From IMG/VR virus record IMGVR_UViG_3300048589_001426, positions 1-34,824 of that record: a stretch of DNA of 34,824 nt. The stretch is one strand, 5' to 3'. This DNA is from a virus. Its lineage: Duplodnaviria > Caudoviricetes. The notes under the pieces are model-generated. The model did not search any database, was not told the origin of the DNA, and was given only the letters and a program-made list of their open reading frames with translations. Of this stretch, positions 33,033 to 34,824 are shown one piece after another; position 1 is the first letter of the stretch; each line of letters opens with the position of its first letter. The position numbers and the translations under genes are program-made.

Positions 33033-34055
33033 ATGCCGCGTGCTCCGTCGAAGCAGCTCCAGAATTCTCCATTCAAGGATGTTGAATTCAACATGATGCA
33101 ACTATCTGAGTTGCTTGGCATTTCCCGCGCATCACTGTACCAGATGGAGAAGGCAAAGGTCATCGAAGGGCGCACCGTCAGGTCCGGAGCTTCCTCGAAG
33201 AAGGTTTTTGGCTGGTCTGATTTACAGCGAATCGTCAAGCATCAGCCGGACAAGGTGACTCGTCCTCGCGATTTGAAGGTAAAGGTCTTCGCGAATCTTA
33301 AGGGTGGAGTTGGCAAGTCATCTCTTGCGTCTCAAGTGGCAATGCGCGCCTCTGCTTCCGGCACGAGGACCTTGCTTATCGATTTGGATCCTCAGGCGCA
33401 TGCAAGTCTAGCGCTGGGATTTGACAATCTTTCGGAAGAAATTCCTACGATCCTTAATTGCATGTTTGCGCAGAGCAACGGCAAGAAAGCGTCTATCGAC
33501 GACGTCATACAAATGGTGACTCCCTTCTTGGGAATCATTCCGTCCAGCCTAGCCATGTCGTCGCTCGAGGTGAAGCTTCAGCAGGATTACAAGGGAGCGG
33601 AGAAGCTTAAGAAGGTTCTTGAGCAAATAAGAGACGACTGGGATCTGATCGTAATCGACACCAATCCCTCCGCATCTCTCTTGAACATCAATGCACTTCT
33701 CGCTGCTGACGAACTCTGTGTCGTCTGTGCGACTGACTTTCTCTCAGTTTCTGGCCTTCGTCAGTTGTTCCAGATTTTGAAGGATCTCCAAGAGGATTTC
33801 GATGATTTTGGGCCGGAGGTTCGAGTCATTCCGAATCTATTTGATGTGCGGGAGGCGATAGCTCAGGAAGCCTTAGGGGTACTTCGACAGCAGTACGGAA
33901 AGTTTTGTTGCAACACGGTAGTTCGAAAAAATGTTGATCTCAAAGAAGCGCAGAAGCTGGCGCAGGCTGTCTGGCTGTATAAGAAGAGGTCGCCAGCGGC
34001 TGAGGATATCGCGGCTCTTACTCATGAACTGATCGTCGAGGAGATGCGGAAATGA
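33033..34055 (+). CDS. parA: Type Ia plasmid partition ATPase with an N-terminal HTH
   Basis: HTH QLSELLGISRASLYQME, deviant Walker A NLKGGVGKS, LIDLDPQAHAS and IVIDTNPS. RBS GGAGG. Confidence 0.93.
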   Translation: MPRAPSKQLQNSPFKDVEFNMMQLSELLGISRASLYQMEKAKVIEGRTVRSGASSKKVFGWSDLQRIVKHQPDKVTRPRDLKVKVFANLKGGVGKSSLASQVAMRASASGTRTLLIDLDPQAHASLALGFDNLSEEIPTILNCMFAQSNGKKASIDDVIQMVTPFLGIIPSSLAMSSLEVKLQQDYKGAEKLKKVLEQIRDDWDLIVIDTNPSASLLNINALLAADELCVVCATDFLSVSGLRQLFQILKDLQEDFDDFGPEVRVIPNLFDVREAIAQEALGVLRQQYGKFCCNTVVRKNVDLKEAQKLAQAVWLYKKRSPAAEDIAALTHELIVEEMRK

Positions 34056-34660
34056 CGACGATCAAGACCCGGGATCCGAGTCCAGCTTTTTTATCGCAAG
34101 TAAGTGAATTTAAGCCGAAGACGCGCACCGCGAGACCATGGCGTGGTAACGATAAGGCTTCACTGAAAGGTGGGGAAGCACAGCCTCAGCCTCAAAGCTC
34201 AGATGAGGAAATTTCTGATTCATCTGAAAATGCTCCGACCGATTCGGTTGTAAGTGAAGAGCCGGAGAGCCCCTCTGGTGGCATCGACTTGCCTCAAAGG
34301 AAGAGACCGGAGACCGTTGGAAGGCTGAGACATCTACAGCCGCCAAATGATCTCTGCGATCTAAAGCGTGCTGATCAATTTGTAGAGGAATTTCTCTTAG
34401 AGAAGATTGGATCTAGGCACTTTTCTCTCTTTAGAGCGTATCGAGCGATGTACTCGCAAGCGCGCGAGAACGGGGGCCGCACGCTACACTTCAGACGCGC
34501 AGATCTAAATGCTTTGCTTGGCACTTCTTCAAGCGCCACGGTGACTCGAGTCCTTAAAACAGGCATCAAACTGGGGCTCTTCGAGGTTCAGACATTTATG
34601 CTGCGATCCGGAGATCTTGAGGCGGGAACGTATATCCACCTGCGGTCGCCATGGCAATAA
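34052..34660 (+). CDS. ParA-coupled protein with a disordered N-terminus and a C-terminal winged-HTH-like domain
   Basis: ATGA overlap with parA. C-terminus FRRADLNALLGTSSSATVTRVLKTGIKLGLFEV. No ParB GxRR motif. Confidence 0.6.
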   Translation: MTTIKTRDPSPAFLSQVSEFKPKTRTARPWRGNDKASLKGGEAQPQPQSSDEEISDSSENAPTDSVVSEEPESPSGGIDLPQRKRPETVGRLRHLQPPNDLCDLKRADQFVEEFLLEKIGSRHFSLFRAYRAMYSQARENGGRTLHFRRADLNALLGTSSSATVTRVLKTGIKLGLFEVQTFMLRSGDLEAGTYIHLRSPWQ

Positions 34661-34682
34661 ATCCAGTAAAAACAAATGCGTG

Positions 34683-34824
34683 CTCGTTACGGGCCGACTC
34701 GTTACGGGCCGACTCGTTACGGGCCGACTCGTTACGGGCCGACTCGTTACGGGCCGACTCGTTACGGGCCGACTCGTTACGGGCCGACTCGTTACGGGCC
34801 GACTCGTTACGGGCCGACTCGTTA
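34683..34824. repeat. Perfect 15-bp tandem array (centromere or iteron candidate), truncated by the window end
   Basis: CTCGTTACGGGCCGA x9 plus 7 bp, with no spacers. Confidence 0.92.

Larger units (their letters stand above)
1..34824. mobile_element. Temperate phage, probably a phage-plasmid (lambda-like head, P2-like contractile tail), carrying a DGR and a toxin-antitoxin (TA) cluster
   Basis: Complete co-oriented head-tail operon at 15419-32725, plus an endolysin, ParA with a repeat array and a Rep-like fragment. No host housekeeping genes are present. Confidence 0.88.

Noticed and set aside
34683-34824. CRISPR array
   Set aside because: The 15-bp units are directly adjacent with no spacers, and no cas genes are present.

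Overview
This window looks like a near-complete temperate phage, probably a phage-plasmid. It has a lambda-like head module (gpA terminase, lambda portal, fused protease-capsid) and a P2-like contractile tail at 15.4-32.7 kb. A type Ia ParA, a non-ParB partner and a perfect 15-bp tandem array lie at the right end, and a truncated PriCT-1-type Rep lies at the left end. The accessory arm (1.1-15.4 kb) carries a GH108 endolysin with a patatin, six toxin-antitoxin-related loci, a lambda-like cosQ/cosN site and a resolvase-like/tyrosine recombinase hybrid. It also carries a complete diversity-generating retroelement (DGR). The DGR template (TR, 3768-3881) and variable repeat (VR, 6257-6370) are both 114 bp and differ at 13 positions, all TR adenines. 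The target is not the phage tail fibre but a 1080-aa signal-peptide-bearing fibre protein with a C-terminal CLec (FGE-sulfatase-like) domain, resembling Bdellovibrionota adhesins. The cassette also holds an extra HTH plus four-helix-bundle gene next to avd and three arrays of a 9-bp TTTC(C/G)GAA(A/G) motif. All family calls are motif recognition by eye; no searches were run.
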